From Yuukianura sp. NJ FZ-2021 (lineage: Eukaryota), in assembly GCA_046563655.1 (NCBI GenBank), contig CM102285.1, forward strand, positions 1,426,001-1,490,000: a stretch of 64,000 bases of DNA, given 5' to 3'. The notes beneath the pieces were generated by a model. The model was not told where the DNA came from, searched no databases, and saw only the letters and a list, made by a program, of their open reading frames with translations. Position numbers and translations under genes: made by a program. This document shows, piece after piece, positions 21,195-35,800 of the stretch. Position 1 is the first letter of the stretch. Each line of letters opens with the position of its first letter.

Positions 21195-21562
21195 TTTTGA
21201 ATTTTTGTGTCAATTTGGTCCAACTTTCAACAAGTCTGCTACAAAATCCACAAAATTTCAAGTTCGCGCGTCTGCGCAAGGTACAAACCAAAAGTGTACG
21301 AGAAAAAGAATTGTTTTTGGAAAATATTTTCAGATGAAAGGGCATTGCCATGACATTTTTTAAAATTTCAAAAGAAAAAATTAAGGTAGGGCTGTTTGTA
21401 CGTTAGGTTAGTTCAGATTGCTGGTTGTAACTGGTTTAAGTATTTTAAGTATTTTTAAGAGGTTTTGGTGAGATAACCTAACGCAGGGTTAAGTGTTAGG
21501 CTAGAAAGATAACCTAAAATGCCAAACGTGTGTTACAAAAGGAACAATTTAAAAAAGTTTAT

Positions 21563-23798
21563 TCAAATCAAAAGAAATTTGTATCTCCGTCGCTGTTCGT
21601 CGTCTTCTGGAAGAGTTGACAGCCATTTTCTAATCGCTGTGACACTAATACAAGTAATTACTATTAATCCACCAACGGCACTGAAAATTTAAAAACAAAA
21701 ATTAAAATTTTGAAACTATAAAAAAAAAAGTTAATATAATTCATAAACCATTATTTCCAAAAACCCTGTTCATACCTTAAAGCGTCCGGTACAACCCCGA
21801 GGAATATAAATTGAAGCAAAAATGCTGAAAAGAGAGGAAAAACATAAAATTAGGTAATTTAAAAAAAAATTTTGCAGAAACTGTTCAAAAAATTTTATAG
21901 TTGTTATTGTTTTCATCAAAATTTAAATTTTCCCACTTACCAAAAACAACATCGCAGGAACGAAGCAACGAAACCGGTCCAGCCTTAGACAAAAAAAATT
22001 GAAAAAAAAATATTTTTAGCAGAAACAAATGAAACAGTCGTTAAATTTCAAGACTGCCAAGAAAAGAGCCAAGGAAAATTGAAAAACTTTCAAAATTTCC
22101 CGCTTTTTCTAAAAATGGGCCAATGACCTTGACCTTACCTGTTCCATTCTGAGTGCCATGATGATTGACATTTGACCGAAGAATGACAAGGACATCAGAG
22201 CAATAATCAGAAGCGTCTCAATTGTGCCAACAGGGCATTGGAACACCGAAAAAATTTCTGTCAGCACAAATGCTTGAACGACTCCAATGAAACCGAAAAC
22301 GAGCGTCATCAACGAAAAATCGACTCTTCGAATTTTCCGCGTAATAATTACAATCAATGCAGAGCAAATCAATGATCCCGTTGCAAGTCCAATTCCAATC
22401 TGCCAAGTACACAAGTTAAAAATTTCAAAACAAGTATTCTGTGCTGGAACGCATACGCACTAAAAGGCGCGAATTTGTTTGAAATTTAAAAGTGTAGCAT
22501 TACGTTTTGTTTGATTGTTGAATATTTTCCTTTACCAAATTCCGCGTGTCAAAGTTTTCTTGTCCAGTGAGGAACGGAGGGCGTGTCATGACCAAAACGC
22601 CAACAAAAGTTGCAATTGCAGCCAAATTTGGGATGACGCCCGACTTTTCTCCGAGACAAAAGTGAGCCATTACGGTAACGAGTACTGGCGTTGCATAGGT
22701 TATTACAGACGCATCACCTATCGTTAAGTACTCCAGTGAGTAGTACCGTAAAATCACTGAACTTGCTCCAAGCAGACCACGAATCTAAAACAACGTCAAA
22801 ACGATCGGTAAAATACAGAAAAAGTCGTTGGAACACTAAAAGGCCGGGCGAAACACTTCTAAAAAAGTTGAAATCACGAAATTCTCACGAAGCAAAAAAT
22901 GAAACTTTAAATAACGTTAGAAAAGTAGGATTGTTTTGGGCAAAGAACTTCAAAAAGCACGAAAATTTCTGAAAATTTAAGTTTCCATTGTATTAAATTA
23001 GTTATGTTAAGATTAGGTTAATTTTTATTGAAATTTTTTTTTGACTCACCACAAGTCCGAAAATGGTCCACCACTTCTCTGCATCGGTTTTGGATGAACC
23101 GAAACCAATTGGCCAAACTGTTGCAAAAATTGAACTTTGTTTCGTCTTCTTTTTGTGTCGTTCTACGAGTATGAGCAGTGGAATTGAAGGGAGCATGACG
23201 CCAAGGTAGCGCCAAAACGACGCACTGTACGAGTGGAATCCATACTCCGGCCCATTCAAAACTTTCACGATTAGAACCTGTGGCGGAAAATTCAAAATTC
23301 AAAATTTCGAAATCGTTTTCAAAATTCATGACCGCGTTTCTAAAAATTCATGACCAGCGTTTTCTTCAGTCTAAAAATCCTGAGCGCAAGTTTTCTTTTA
23401 AATTCTCGACTGACAAATTCTCTTGCGTAAAAATTCTTTGGCGCGATAATTTTTAGTTAAAAGTCGGCCATGACCGCGAAAACAAGATTGTAAACAAAAA
23501 GCACAAGCGGAAATTTTCAAAATGCCAAAAATAGAAAAGTGCGTACGTTGATTGACAGGAATAGGCTTGCGATAAGTGTGAGGATGAGGCCAGTGTATTT
23601 CCTTATTGAGGTAGGGATCCAGACCAAGTTGAGGCTGAAATCTTCCGCTTCCTTTTCTACTTTATCTTGTTGTTTTGTTTTTGCTGGTTCCTTGAAATGG
23701 TCAAAAGTGTCGTTGTTGTTGAGTACACCAGTGGAGTTTCCAAGGTTTTCTTCTTCTACTGAAACTATCGTCGTTGTGGAATTGGAGTTCCTGTCCAT
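21563..23798 (-). CDS. SLC35G1: SLC35G1-like EamA/DMT transporter, multi-exon
   Basis: Hydrophobic exons: GLILTLIASLFLS, IRGLLGASSVILRYYSLEYLTIGDASVITYATPVLVTVMAHFCLGEK, GQMSIIMALRMEQ|AGPVSLLRSCDVVF; ends ...IRKWLSTLPEDDEQRRRYKFLLI*. Confidence 0.85.
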
Positions 23799-25000
23799 TT
23801 CAATCCGTTCAAAAGCTCAGCTAATCGTCGACTGACACTTGATAATCCAAAGACCACTGATCTCTCGTCATCTTCTAACTCTGTTTGAACAGGGTTCAGT
23901 AACAGCCGGAACGATACGGAACGAAGTACCGGTTCGTACCGCTCACTGATTCAAAGAAATATTCACTATGCCCACCATTACGCTACTACAGAATTTCAAA
24001 AATCTCTATAAATGTTGAATTAGTGTTGTGTTTTGTTTTTGAAATTTTGAAAATTGGATATTAACCATTTTGAAAAATAGCATGTGCAGGAAATTTGAAA
24101 ACCATTGTCTGGAATTTTGAAACTCTCATGTTGTAGAACCTTTGGAAGATTTTGAACCTCGTTCTTGAATTTTAAAAATCGTGCTTGCAATTGTGAATGA
24201 GAAATTGCTAGCCTATTTTGGGAATAGGATACATTTTAAATTTCTAAAAGATTAAATTAGAACATCCTAGAATTTAAAAAATCTATGCAAGGAAGTTGTA
24301 AAAATTGGAAATAATTCTTACAACTTTGAAAATTGCATTCTAAATTGCAGAAATCGCTTACAATACTTGTAAAATTTGAAAATCGTGTTATTCGAAACAT
24401 AAAAGAATAATCAAAAAATTACATTTTTGATGCCTTTCTTGTTTCAAAGTGCCGTTTCGAAATTCGTTTCGTTCCGGAACGGAACGACTATTCGTGAACC
24501 ATGGTCAAGTTCAAGTTTTTGGGTGTCTTAGCACGGGGCAATGTCGCAGTAGATCCTTGTTTTTCACTGCTAATTGAAAAAAGTGGGCACATTAAGACAG
24601 TAATAAATTTTTTAAACAAATTTCCCATTCCCTATCCCAACATGTGGCTATATGCTGTGAAACATCTTCAGGTTAAATTCGTCATCCGCACTAATTAAAA
24701 TGCAAAGGTGGTTTTTAAAAAACAATGTGGTATGACAAAACTCGTTTTTATCCATTGTTCTCGACATTCAATAATTTTTGAGGAAATTCACATCACAATT
24801 AAAGTTGTTTCAATGCTAAGTGCACTTGGCAACTAATTTTTTTGTCAACATTCAACTGGTTTTATCCGGTAAAATCTCATTCTAAGTTGAACAATGGATT
24901 TCCAATTGACCACCGTCACTGCTTCCATTAATCATCAATCATGAACTCAATTGAATTATAGGCACTCGTGCGCAATTGAGATTTTAAAAAACTTCCATCT

Positions 25001-25120
25001 GGTTGCCAGGACAACTGGTGCTGTACTGCTGTGGTTGCCAGGACAACTGGTGCTATACTGCTGTGGTTGCCAGGACAACTGGCGCTATACTGTTGTGGTT
25101 GCTATGGCAACTGGTGCTAC
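25001..25120. repeat. 32-bp tandem repeat, ~3.7 copies, each containing an X-box-like palindrome
   Basis: ggttgccaggacaactggtgct(g/a)tactgctgt-like units start at 25001, 25033 and 25065; the variant ggttgctatggcaac starts at 25097. Confidence 0.85.
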
Positions 25121-26273
25121 AATGCCAATACTCATGTAGTTGCTACACTGCCTGGTGCTACCCTGCCAATTCTCATCCATGGTAGACTGCCTGGTGCCAT
25201 CCTCATCCACTGCCAATGTCAGCAGTTGACTAATTTCATAATCTCAATAAACAAATTTCACAACAACATTAATTAAAGTTGGGGGCGGGGCTAACTAAAT
25301 TTAAGCTTAAGGAAGCTTAGTGTGTGTTGTTTACTGCGTCTATGATTAACTGAGGAGATGGGGTCATGACCCCGTCGATATGTAGTGCTATGTAAGATAA
25401 ATTCTTCTCGCATGGTGATGTAACCAACTTGAATTAATAATTTTCGGGAATGATGAAAGAGTAATTAAGTTTGTTTGGCTCAAAATAAATAACGCAACTA
25501 CTTTTGCTAGATGTGCGCATGCAAACACAACGTGCAGTTGGCGTCACATGGTCAAAAATTATGTGAAACTCCACTTTTAATACATAATGAACTAAAATTT
25601 ATTTTTCTTTGTAAAAAAGAAAGAAGCTAACATGTAATTAGCAACGCTCCAATTTCTTTTAATTCCGGTGCTATACCGGTCAGCAACAAAGCTGGAGTAC
25701 ATAAAAAATCTGAAGTGAAGTGACGCTAGACTGCCAAACTTGACATTTTCTTCTTTTGTTTGCTTCTCGTGGAACACGCAAAAGACACGACATAATACAA
25801 GTCCGACTTCAGCAAATAACAACCAAACACACGCCAAATGCATTTGTAGTGCTCATGTGCAGGACAGCATGACAGTTTCCATGACTTTCAAAGTAATTCA
25901 TTTTTATACGCTTTGACTTACAAGAACTACCGAATTTGAATCTTCCCGCTGCGGTTTTTTTAAACCGCAATTCCATATCTCATCGTTCGTAATTCTTAAC
26001 AAGCTTAGTTGCGGTTTCGACAATTAAAAATTTCTAAACGGGATGCACTGTACACTCTTTCAAGAAGTTGAATTCAAAATTACTCAACTGCCGGTAGAAG
26101 AATTTACAGGAGCAGCGCTATCAAAAAAAAAACTTAAAATTTTACTCATATTTCATAGATTTTTTTTGTAAAATACAACTTTTGTAAGTCATTATTACAA
26201 TACTTTAGCAGACACACAAAAATCGTGCCACTCTTTAAAGAATTTACATTCGGTGAGTATAATTAGTGTTGAG

Positions 26274-27207
26274 ATGAAGGTAGAAAGTCAGTTTTTGTTC
26301 ACATGGTTTTCGGTGGCTCTGATTGGTCTGGTGGTTCTGGCGGGTAAATTTGAAGTGGCCAATGCAGTGACCCAGCTCAGTTCGCGTTTTCCAGCACTAA
26401 TGCTTGCATACAAAGTTGAAGTGGCTCCGGGTAAAGAAGATTGCTACTTCCAGTACATCATGGGTGGCAGTATCCTTTATGTGGAATTCCAAGTTATCAA
26501 GGGGGGAGATTTAAAAATGGGATTTCAAGTTAAGGAGCCAAACGGAACAATTATAATGCCATATGCATGGAAGAAGGAAAACAGATACCAAACAGATAAG
26601 GCGATGGATGGCAACTACATGCTATGTGTAGACAACAGACCGTCTAAATTTGTCACCAAAGTGGCATTTATCTACCTACATAGTTTTTAGTAAGAACAAT
26701 TTAAATATAATATTAATATATATTAATCAAATAATAATAATTTCCAATAACGGGTTATGTTTTATTTTAGTTCTGAAGATTCCACACAGTATCTTACCGA
26801 ACTCGCAGAAATTGAAAAAACCGTTGGCAACTTTTCACAAACCGTAACAAGTAAGCGTTTGTTAGGTCAAATGTTGACAGGTCAAAGGTCATTGTGGAAT
26901 ATTTTTGTTGACAGCGGTCGATACGAACTTGGGTCATGTCCGTAATCTCTTGTACCATTCGAGGGCATATGAAGGGCGTGACTACGCCGCTGCCAAGGGA
27001 ACCAACTCCTATGTCAACTTTTGGTCCATGGCCCAATGTCTCGTCATCATCGTCGTCGGTGCGCTTCAAATTTTCTTCATTCGGAGATTGTTTGATCCGC
27101 CAGAAACTGTTTCAAGAAAGGTTCACGTGTATTCTGCGTCTGCGCACAAACCTAAACCTGCACCGAGAGTCCAAGGGGAACACAACAATTATAAACATAT
27201 GACGTAA
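26274..27207 (+). CDS. p24/emp24 (TMED) GOLD-domain protein, gamma-like, 3 exons
   Basis: Signal peptide; VEVAPGKEDCYFQ, EFQVIKGGDL, GNYMLCVDNR, RAYEGRD, VNFWSMAQ-TM-QIFFIRRLF. Introns 26690-26770 and 26851-~26914. Confidence 0.9.
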
Positions 27208-29649
27208 CTTAAGTTTTATGCAAGTCAGAATAAACGATTCAATTTTGAAAATTGGCCCCAAAATTAAAGTTTATAGATGACTAGAATAAATTCAAGACTT
27301 TTGTTTTTCTGATTCCTCACTAGATGGCCACAACGGCGCAAAAATTTTCTTTATGTGAAATTGATTTCAAAACATAGTTTTTCCGTGTTGCTACTGCTGT
27401 ATACAGCTACTTGATTTTGGAATTGAAAAAAAAATGCAAAAGAATTTATTTTGATTTTGAATGAAACCAGAAATTTATTGTTACTTTAACTATTTTTTTC
27501 AAATCGTTAATCGAAATTTCTAAAGTACTAGGAATTAATAAAAAGAATTCAAAACGAGTGAAATTCTTTGAGAGAAAGTTTTTTGTTCGAACTTTCCTTC
27601 GATAGATGGTGCGAAACACGCTGTGTGAAAATTGAGGAAGTTTATACTTAGACATGCATTTTGAACAACAAAATCCAAAAAACAGTTTTTTTTTTGAATC
27701 TCTGAAACCGGCGGGTACATTTTTTCAAAATGTTTCCAGGCCTGTTCTGCTTAAGCTCCTATTTGACATTTGTGTGACACGAGAATTGATGTCCCTTTTC
27801 AAGTTAAAATGAATCCTAACAGTATAAATAGGCTTTTGACACATGTGGACTTATGCTCCAATGGGATTACAGACTTACAGTTCCCGCCGATTTTCAAAAT
27901 GCTCAAACAGAACAAGAACGGCAGCCAAAAAGCGTTAGGGAGGTTTGAAAAGAGAATCCGATTTTTCCCACCCGGGATTTTCAAATTTCAATAACTTTTT
28001 TTGAATAGTGCCACCAACGGACTACGGAAACTAAATCTTTAATCCTGTTAAATACATCACACCTCTCAGTAATCGCATCTAGAGGACCCTTCAAGGGCCC
28101 TCCTATTCAACAATACTCATATAAGTCTAACCTAACCCTAACGGAACTTAACCAACTTAACCATGACGCTTAATACCACCGACGAAACACAGTTCGCAAC
28201 AACAAACGTTGCAAATATTTGTTGCTTTTTTTACAAAAAATAAATTTTAAGGGCCCCCTTCAAATTTTTTTTTTGCAAAAAATATGTGCGGTTACTTATT
28301 CTTCAAAATACAAATATCGCAATGATGAGTTTCCATGTCTTTTATGTACCCTTGAAGGGCCCTTTGGATTAGGTTTATGTTCAGTTGGAAACGTAGGGGG
28401 ACTTGAAAAAAGATTTTGAAGTCAGATGTGACAAATGAGGAGGACCAGGTAATCAGATTAAGGGACCTTCTGGTTTCGCTTTTCAAAATTTTCAAAAGAA
28501 ATCAAAAAAAGAGTGCAAACAACGGAAGCCCTTAAGGGTCTCCTCCTCTGCCAATAATCCAACCTCACACGAATTTCCACTTTTTTTTTAAATGTCCCGC
28601 TTTTTGTAAAACTACGCTGAGAAACAGGATTTTTGAAAATTGCAAACACACCTGAGACTAAGGATTAACTTGCGATGCTAACTGTGTAGATCAACATAAC
28701 AAAAGCTAGAGCGAATTCACATTAGTCAAAAAAATAGGTTAACAAAAATGTAAATTTGAGGGACCAGGGCCCTTAAGTCTCCCTACAAACTCTGCGAAGG
28801 ACTTTAGACAATGGGAAAAGGGGTCTCCTTTTTCGGCTAATGTTTGAATTTGAGGCTTCCCGCACAAAAACATTGTTGGTTTTGAGGTCCATTTTGGAGC
28901 AGATGAGACAGGAGAGAATGAATTATGAGCCCTTAATGTGACTGATTAGTTTGACCCCTTTGCTTGGTTTGGTGCCCTTCAAGTACCCCCTGAAGTCCCC
29001 CCCCCACAAACACATTGGTTTTTGGTTGAAAACAGGACAGATGTGGGCACATTCCGAGCTTTATGTTGATTACTTAAAGTGCGAGTGGTGGTAAATGATT
29101 TAGGGTGGCGCATAACTCTAAATTTTCAAAATTTGAATTTTGGTGCTAATCATCTACAGGGTCAAAGTCTTTGAGGAATTTAAATTATCGGAATTAGAAG
29201 GTCAAAGTTTTTCGAAAATTTAAATTTCCGCGTAGATTGAATACAAAAGTGGTTTTCTCACGGTCCAGATATTTCAAATTTGAAAAGTTAATCTTGCATT
29301 TTTGAATTTTCTTTTTCTAAAGTCGAGCAGAAGACCGTGAAAACTTCCGTTCCGTTCAACAGTTGTATTGGGCCTTAAATCTTTCAATTTTCAGAAAAAT
29401 TGTAAAGGAAGTCTCTTTTTTGTCAAAAATATTTCAATTGAAAACGACTTTATTTTCCCTCGGAAAAGATTAAGTGACAGTGGAAGCCAAAACCAAAAAT
29501 AGGGACCCTTCATTTTTTGACTTTCCCATTCAATCTCCAATCTGCTCTTCCACAAATTCCTAAGTTCCTCACAAACGCGAGTGAGGAACCCTTGAATTGT
29601 GCTGCGTTTAATTCGCTCCAAATAGCGAAAGCTACTTTACGCGTCGGTA

Positions 29650-29715
29650 CTGTCTGTCTGTACGTCTGTCTGCCCGTCTCTCTGTCTTCCTACTGCCTGT
29701 CTGTCCGTCCGTCTA
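29650..29715. repeat. (CTGT/CCGT)n microsatellite, possibly a DINE-like relic
   Basis: ctgtctgtctgtacgtctgtctg...ctgtccgtccgtct. Confidence 0.55.
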
Positions 29716-32700
29716 CTTATTTCGGAAACGATCAGCATGGCTTCGTTTTCACTATTAAACACCGAATAACCCGACATTGTCATCATTTCCAGTGTTAAGG
29801 GAAACTGCTTCAGGGTCAAAGGTCAAGGTCAACCTGTTTCATCGCCTGGAACAACTGGAAATGCCCTTTACATAAAAATGGCACAAATGTTCTCCACGGT
29901 GCACTGTGAACTGTGATCCGCCCGTGTTGGTCTTCGCTACTTGCTTATGCTTGGTTTTGCTTCAATTCTGTGTCATTCCAAGGAAATGGAAGAAGAGCAC
30001 TTAGTGTCACTGTGTCCACCTCATGCTGTGCCATTCTGATGGGGGACCCTTCATAATGTCTCGAAGGGTCCCCCCGGGAGGACTCCTAAAGATCGTTTCT
30101 CACATATTGATTACAATAGAGGGACGGATGGACATGGTCAGAACTGACCTGACCTCACACCTTGGAGAAAACAACTTGATTCGTGTCAATATTTGGAGGA
30201 AGGCAGAAATGCTATGAAGTACAATAGGGAGCCCTTAAAAGGGTCCCTCCAAAACTAACATTCATTCACACTTTGTGGAACATTATTACAAAGGTTAAGG
30301 GATGACCAAAGACTTCTGGTTTTCAAAAGTTGAAACATTTTGAAAAAAATGTTTCACTTTAGAAAATGAAACTGAATTGAAACCAAAACCTCGGTTTTTG
30401 GGAGTGGAAAAGTGAAACTGAAAAGAAAAGGAGGGAAATTTCGAAATTTGAAAAGAAAGTAACAATGAGCGAGGCGGATGGAGGGTGGACAGTATTTTTG
30501 GAAAAACTGAAAATAAACAGATCCATTTGCCAAAAAATGATGAATTATGGATTAACAATGGAAATGTTAGTTTGAACTGAGCAGTTGTTTGCGCAGCTGG
30601 TTTGCTGTGGTTTAGTCATGGTCACTGCGCAGGTCACTTTCTGTTCATACCTTGTCTATTAAGCTTTATTCTGAGGTGACGAAGCCGAAATGTCAATGTC
30701 AATCATTCTTAACCTTGTTTTTGTCGGGCGGAGGTGTGAACCGGAACGACCACGCGGCTTTTTCAAAATTTGAAAAATTTCAAATTTGCCCCCGCTCTTC
30801 ACACCTGTTAAAATCTTGTTCAAACATTTCCAATTTTTGACACTTTAGAATTCGTTCTACATGGCACATTAAAGTGCTGTAAAGAGAGGCGGTTTTTTTC
30901 AAAATTTAAAAATTTCCGCGCTTTACGAGCGAGGCGTAATTTCAACCAGGAACTTTGCATTTAAAATTTCATCGTGCACATTTAATTTAATACCAAGGTA
31001 TCGCTCAACATTTTTTTCAAGTAATTTTTGAAAATTTTTTAGTTTTCTAATTTTTTTTTGTTGATGAGTCCTTGTTTCCTGATTTTTTATTTCAGTTTTG
31101 AATGTTATCCGCCTGATTTCTACAAAACCTGCAGAAAATTTTGTGATTGGTGGAGAAAATTGCTAAAAGGACAGTTAATTGAAAATTTACGGTAACGTTG
31201 TACAGCTTGAACTAAAGAAAAATGTGGAGGGTAGTGCAGTGTTTGTTACGTAAATTATGTGAGGGCGTGGCGGTTTAATTTTGAGATAAGATGACAGTTT
31301 GAGTGGAGGTAGGTGAGACTATGAGGGCAGAAGTGCTACAAAACCAGTTTCAGTTTTATTATGTTTTTTAAACACGTTCAAATAAAAAGCACCAAAGTCA
31401 AAGTTCACTTATGTCCATGGACAATGCTAAGGTGAACAGTGTCCCATGTAGTGTTAAATGCCCCAGACACAGGTGGAGGCCTAATAAACTTTGAGTGCTT
31501 TTGTTAGTCATTTCAAAGTCATAGTTACTCCCTCCATTTCTCCCGAATTTTCTGTCCCAAACAATCTTAAGAAATTAATCAACACTTCCAACATAAGTTA
31601 CATTTCATGAGTGGGGTAAACTTCATCTGAGATGCTAAAATCTCACTTCGCCCCAACTCCGAATGTCATATTAAAAATCTTGGTGGGAGAATCAAAAAAA
31701 TTTTTTTTTTTGGTATATCTAGGAAAGGCTGTAAAAATTTACTCTTTAGTTATTTCAAGTTAACTCGACTTCGAAATTTTCTGTTTCACAAATTTTGAAA
31801 TTTCTGCAAATTTCACAATTCTGGGTGTTGCATTTTTTAACATTTTAAAATCTTCTACCAGTTTCCGAAATATTGGATGTGTTTGAAAAATAGTCTACTG
31901 GTATTTTTCAATACAGTTTTCCGTTTCGGTGGTAAAAATCGACTAAAACTCAGAGCGACTTTGATTAAAACTGAGAATTGCATGAGACTAAATGAACTGT
32001 GTTGTAGTTTGACGCCATAATTTTGAAAATTTATTTCAAAATTATTTAAAATGAGAACTTTTACATCCAAGTGACTTGATGTACAAAACTTGTAAAGTTA
32101 GTCTAAGTGTCAACAAATTGTAAAACCTCAGCAGGAGGGAATTTAAAAAAAAAAAAAAAAGGGAAATGTAAAACGTGTGAGTTTGACGTGGTTGAAGAAA
32201 TAAACGTAAATTTTCAACTTTTGAAATTTCCTTGTTCCTTTTAAAGTTCCCTGTAATTTCAGAGAATTAAGGAAAATAAAAGACCAAGCATTCTCCTAAA
32301 GACCAAGCCATCATCAGTCATCACCTCCTTCCGTCCAGTCTAAACCTAATCTTAGCCTAACTTGAAACGAATGCTATAAGTTAGGTTTTAGCGGTGGTGA
32401 AAGGTAGAGAAAACGAGGGTAGTAATTATGTAATACAATATACAAAATGGTCAGAACTTCATTACCGTTTGAACCTACAAAGGCATGAGAAAGCATGAGC
32501 GCCACTGAGAAAATGTTTCAAATTTTTCAAATTTTCCCGCCTTTTTAGTTTTAATGTCCAACACTACAGTGATTTGCAATAAGTTGAAAATTGTAGTGAT
32601 TTTTATAACCAGGCGGAACAGAAAACGGAGTTGATGAAATGGAAGGCGTGTTAAAAACACGCACAAAAAAAAGGTTCAAAAATTTTTGAAAACTTTTTTC

Positions 32701-32810
32701 AAAACTTTTAGGAAATTCTACAAATTCGAGCATACAGTTTTTTGCTTCAAGCATCAAGCTAGAAAAAAATTTGCAAAAATTTAAAGTATGTCAATTTAAT
32801 GTTTAAGATA

Positions 32811-32889
32811 GTTTACGTGTTTTTACGTGTTTTACGTATTTTTACGTGTTCGACGTGTTTTACGTATTTTTTACGTGTTTTACTTGTGT
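32811..32889. repeat. ~10-bp TTTACGTGT minisatellite, ~8 copies
   Basis: Directly visible tandem tttacgt(g/a)t units. Confidence 0.85.
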
Positions 32890-35800
32890 AAGTGACCATT
32901 TAGAGATGTAAAAATTGGAAGAAATTTCATTTGCTATGAACAACTCATGCTTCTTGCATAGAAATGGACCTCATTGGAGTCATTTTCGAAAAAGAAGTGT
33001 AAATTATTTCAAAATTTTTGTAATATCTGTGTAGTCTTCTGTTGAAAAATGTGCGCCTAATTTATGAAGCGTCCATGTGAAGGTTTTTTGATGTTCATAA
33101 GTAAAAGTCATAACACTTTAGCGGGAAAAATATTCATAAACATAATGGTAATACACTAATAATCCAAGTGTAATTACATGTCTACTCTCCCTTTAACAGC
33201 AGTCGATAAAACACCCACCATTTTCAAAAGTTACTACACTTAACTACACTTGAAACACAACAAGAGCATGAAAAAAACACATCTCAAAACACTTCAAAAC
33301 TCAAAATTTCATGACTTTCAAACTTAAACAGAAAAGTTTTCAAGCGAAGATGAACATTTTTTGGCGGTTTTCCAACATTCACCTTTGTGTTTCAAATTAA
33401 CACAGCTTTTACGTTAGGTAATATTTTATGCTCTATTTTCAAAAATATACTTTTTGGTGGAAAAATTTGAATAAATAAACTTTGTGGTGAATACGCAGCA
33501 TTTTTAAAAATTTGTTAAAGTTTTACCGGGGAACATTTGAATATAGTGTGATATTTTCAAAAAATTTGAATATTTTGCCGGGAAAATGTTAATTTTACGA
33601 GTTTTTTTTTTTAGTTTTGATTGTAAAGCTTTTTTTAATTAAAGAGATTTTGAGGGAGGAGCGAAATTTGAATGATAAATTTTGGCGCCGTTTACAACTT
33701 TTGGTCCGCCATGAAAGTTTTGGCTAATTTCCTCTTCACTTTTAGCTTCTTCGCAGCCATTACTTTTCTGCTTTTTCAAATTTGAAATTGTAAAAGCGCG
33801 GGTAATAATTTTTACGACGAAGAAGGCTATAAAGGAGCATAAGTCTGTCAATAAAGTGAAAATGATAATAGGCGTATCATAGTTAAGGAAATATACTGAG
33901 GTTGATGAGGGGAAGATAATAGTGCAGTTTAAATTTTCAAGTGGCCCCGGGAAAATCTAACATTTCAAAAAAACGGCGGGAAAATTTAAAATCCTGCTCC
34001 TGTGATTACTCCACTCTTTTGGAGCCCTTAAGTATGTTGTATACTTTATTTTCATTAGGGTTAAAAGGGTACCCTTAAGGGTCAGCCCACAAACCCCTCC
34101 CTTAAGTACCCCCTGGCCCTTAAGACTTAAGACAAATGGTGGACCAATTAAAATAGCTGTGGAGACGGTTGCAGGAGCAACTCTGTGACTAAAAGTGTGA
34201 CATTTGACTCCGGACGGCGCCGCGCCAACGTTCAAATTTGAACTTTTTTGAAATTCTTTTTTGTTTTTTGAAATTTCGAAATGTTAAGGTACCCTTATTT
34301 TCGTGTCCACTGACTCTTGGTTGACTGCCTCCTAAGGAGGACGGATAGAGTGTCACATCAATTCCTAAAATATGGCGGTCGAGGCGCCAGGATATGATAC
34401 TTCAAAATTTGAAATTTCGAAAAAAAAAAAAAAATTCCCGCCACTGTCGTCTCGGCCAACGACATGCTTCAGCTAGTGCAGAAGCAAAGCCCAAATATTG
34501 CTAAATATAAAATTTCAGCAATATTTTTGGTGAGACAACAAAATTCGTACAAAAGTTGTTTTTTCTTGCTTTTTTGAAAAGTCGGAGTTATGACAAAACC
34601 TCTTACGCCATTTGTACAAATGGTTGCTATAGCAACCTTGGTTTTAGGTTAGGTTTGACTAATTGTTGATGTTGAAATAAAATACTCATTGTTTTGTTAG
34701 GTTAGGGCAGTAAATGTTAGGCTAACCTCACAGTTTCTGGTGTTCGAATATCTTTTTCTAACAAAATATGACACATGTAAAAATGTCTCATGTCTTACAC
34801 TTTTTCTAAACATGGAAAAGGCTCCAAAGTTTAAATTTTGTACTTCCCGCTGCGGACGACACATGTCTCGCCTCTGTCATGCTGAGCTTATGCTTCCAGA
34901 AAGTTAAGGGGTCCCTTGAAACCTAATCCCTTGGTGTGAATGGAGTAATTAGGTGTCCACTGTAATAGAATGCATGGTTAGGAACAGTGACATCCCAAAC
35001 TGACACCAGACTAACCTAACATAAACATAACTTTTTCAATTTCAAAGTTCCCTCCATTCAAAATTCAAACAAAAGTTAGGCTAACGAACTTTTAGGTTAA
35101 CCTAACTTACCTAGCCTAACATTTTTACTTTCTCCTCCATTTCCAGTTGTTTTGGACTTTTTGTCACCCCGAGGGAGCTTCAGGGTTTCCGGTGTCCTTC
35201 AGCCTGGCGCCTGCGAGTGATTTATTAATCCTCCGTTTCTTGGCTCCCAGTTTTTCAAAAAGGCTGGGGGTACTTAGACCAGTACCCTTAAAACAAAAAG
35301 GGGCCCTTGAAGGGGACATCTATCAATAGACAAAATCGTAATCGCGTCTCCGTCAACCAAAGAACAAAAGAAACTCTAAAATTTTTAAGTCCCCAAACGA
35401 GACTTTTTTCTGGTTTCTAAAAATTGGTAAAATCCATTAAGGTCAAAATGGGGTAACATGACCGATGTCCAGGCGGGTCAGGTTCCAATCCGACTTAAAT
35501 TTTGGCGCCAAACGTCTCAAATAGCCCCCGTCACTAAATTTACACGATTTTCCAAAAATTTGGTGCTACTCTACTGTGAAGAAACACTCATCTGTGTAAA
35601 ATATCGATTTAATGTATTTCTATCAAATTTTTGTTTTTATTTTGAAAAGCGCGGTTTTTCAATTCCATCGAAATCGGTATTTCTGTCCACCGCAATTAAT
35701 TTTGTGGACACAAATCGACTTTGCTTGTTTTCGAATTTTCTTGTTCAGTCATTGGAAAAAGGGAAGTGATAAAGCTTGGCGGACATTTTGAAAGTTTGTT

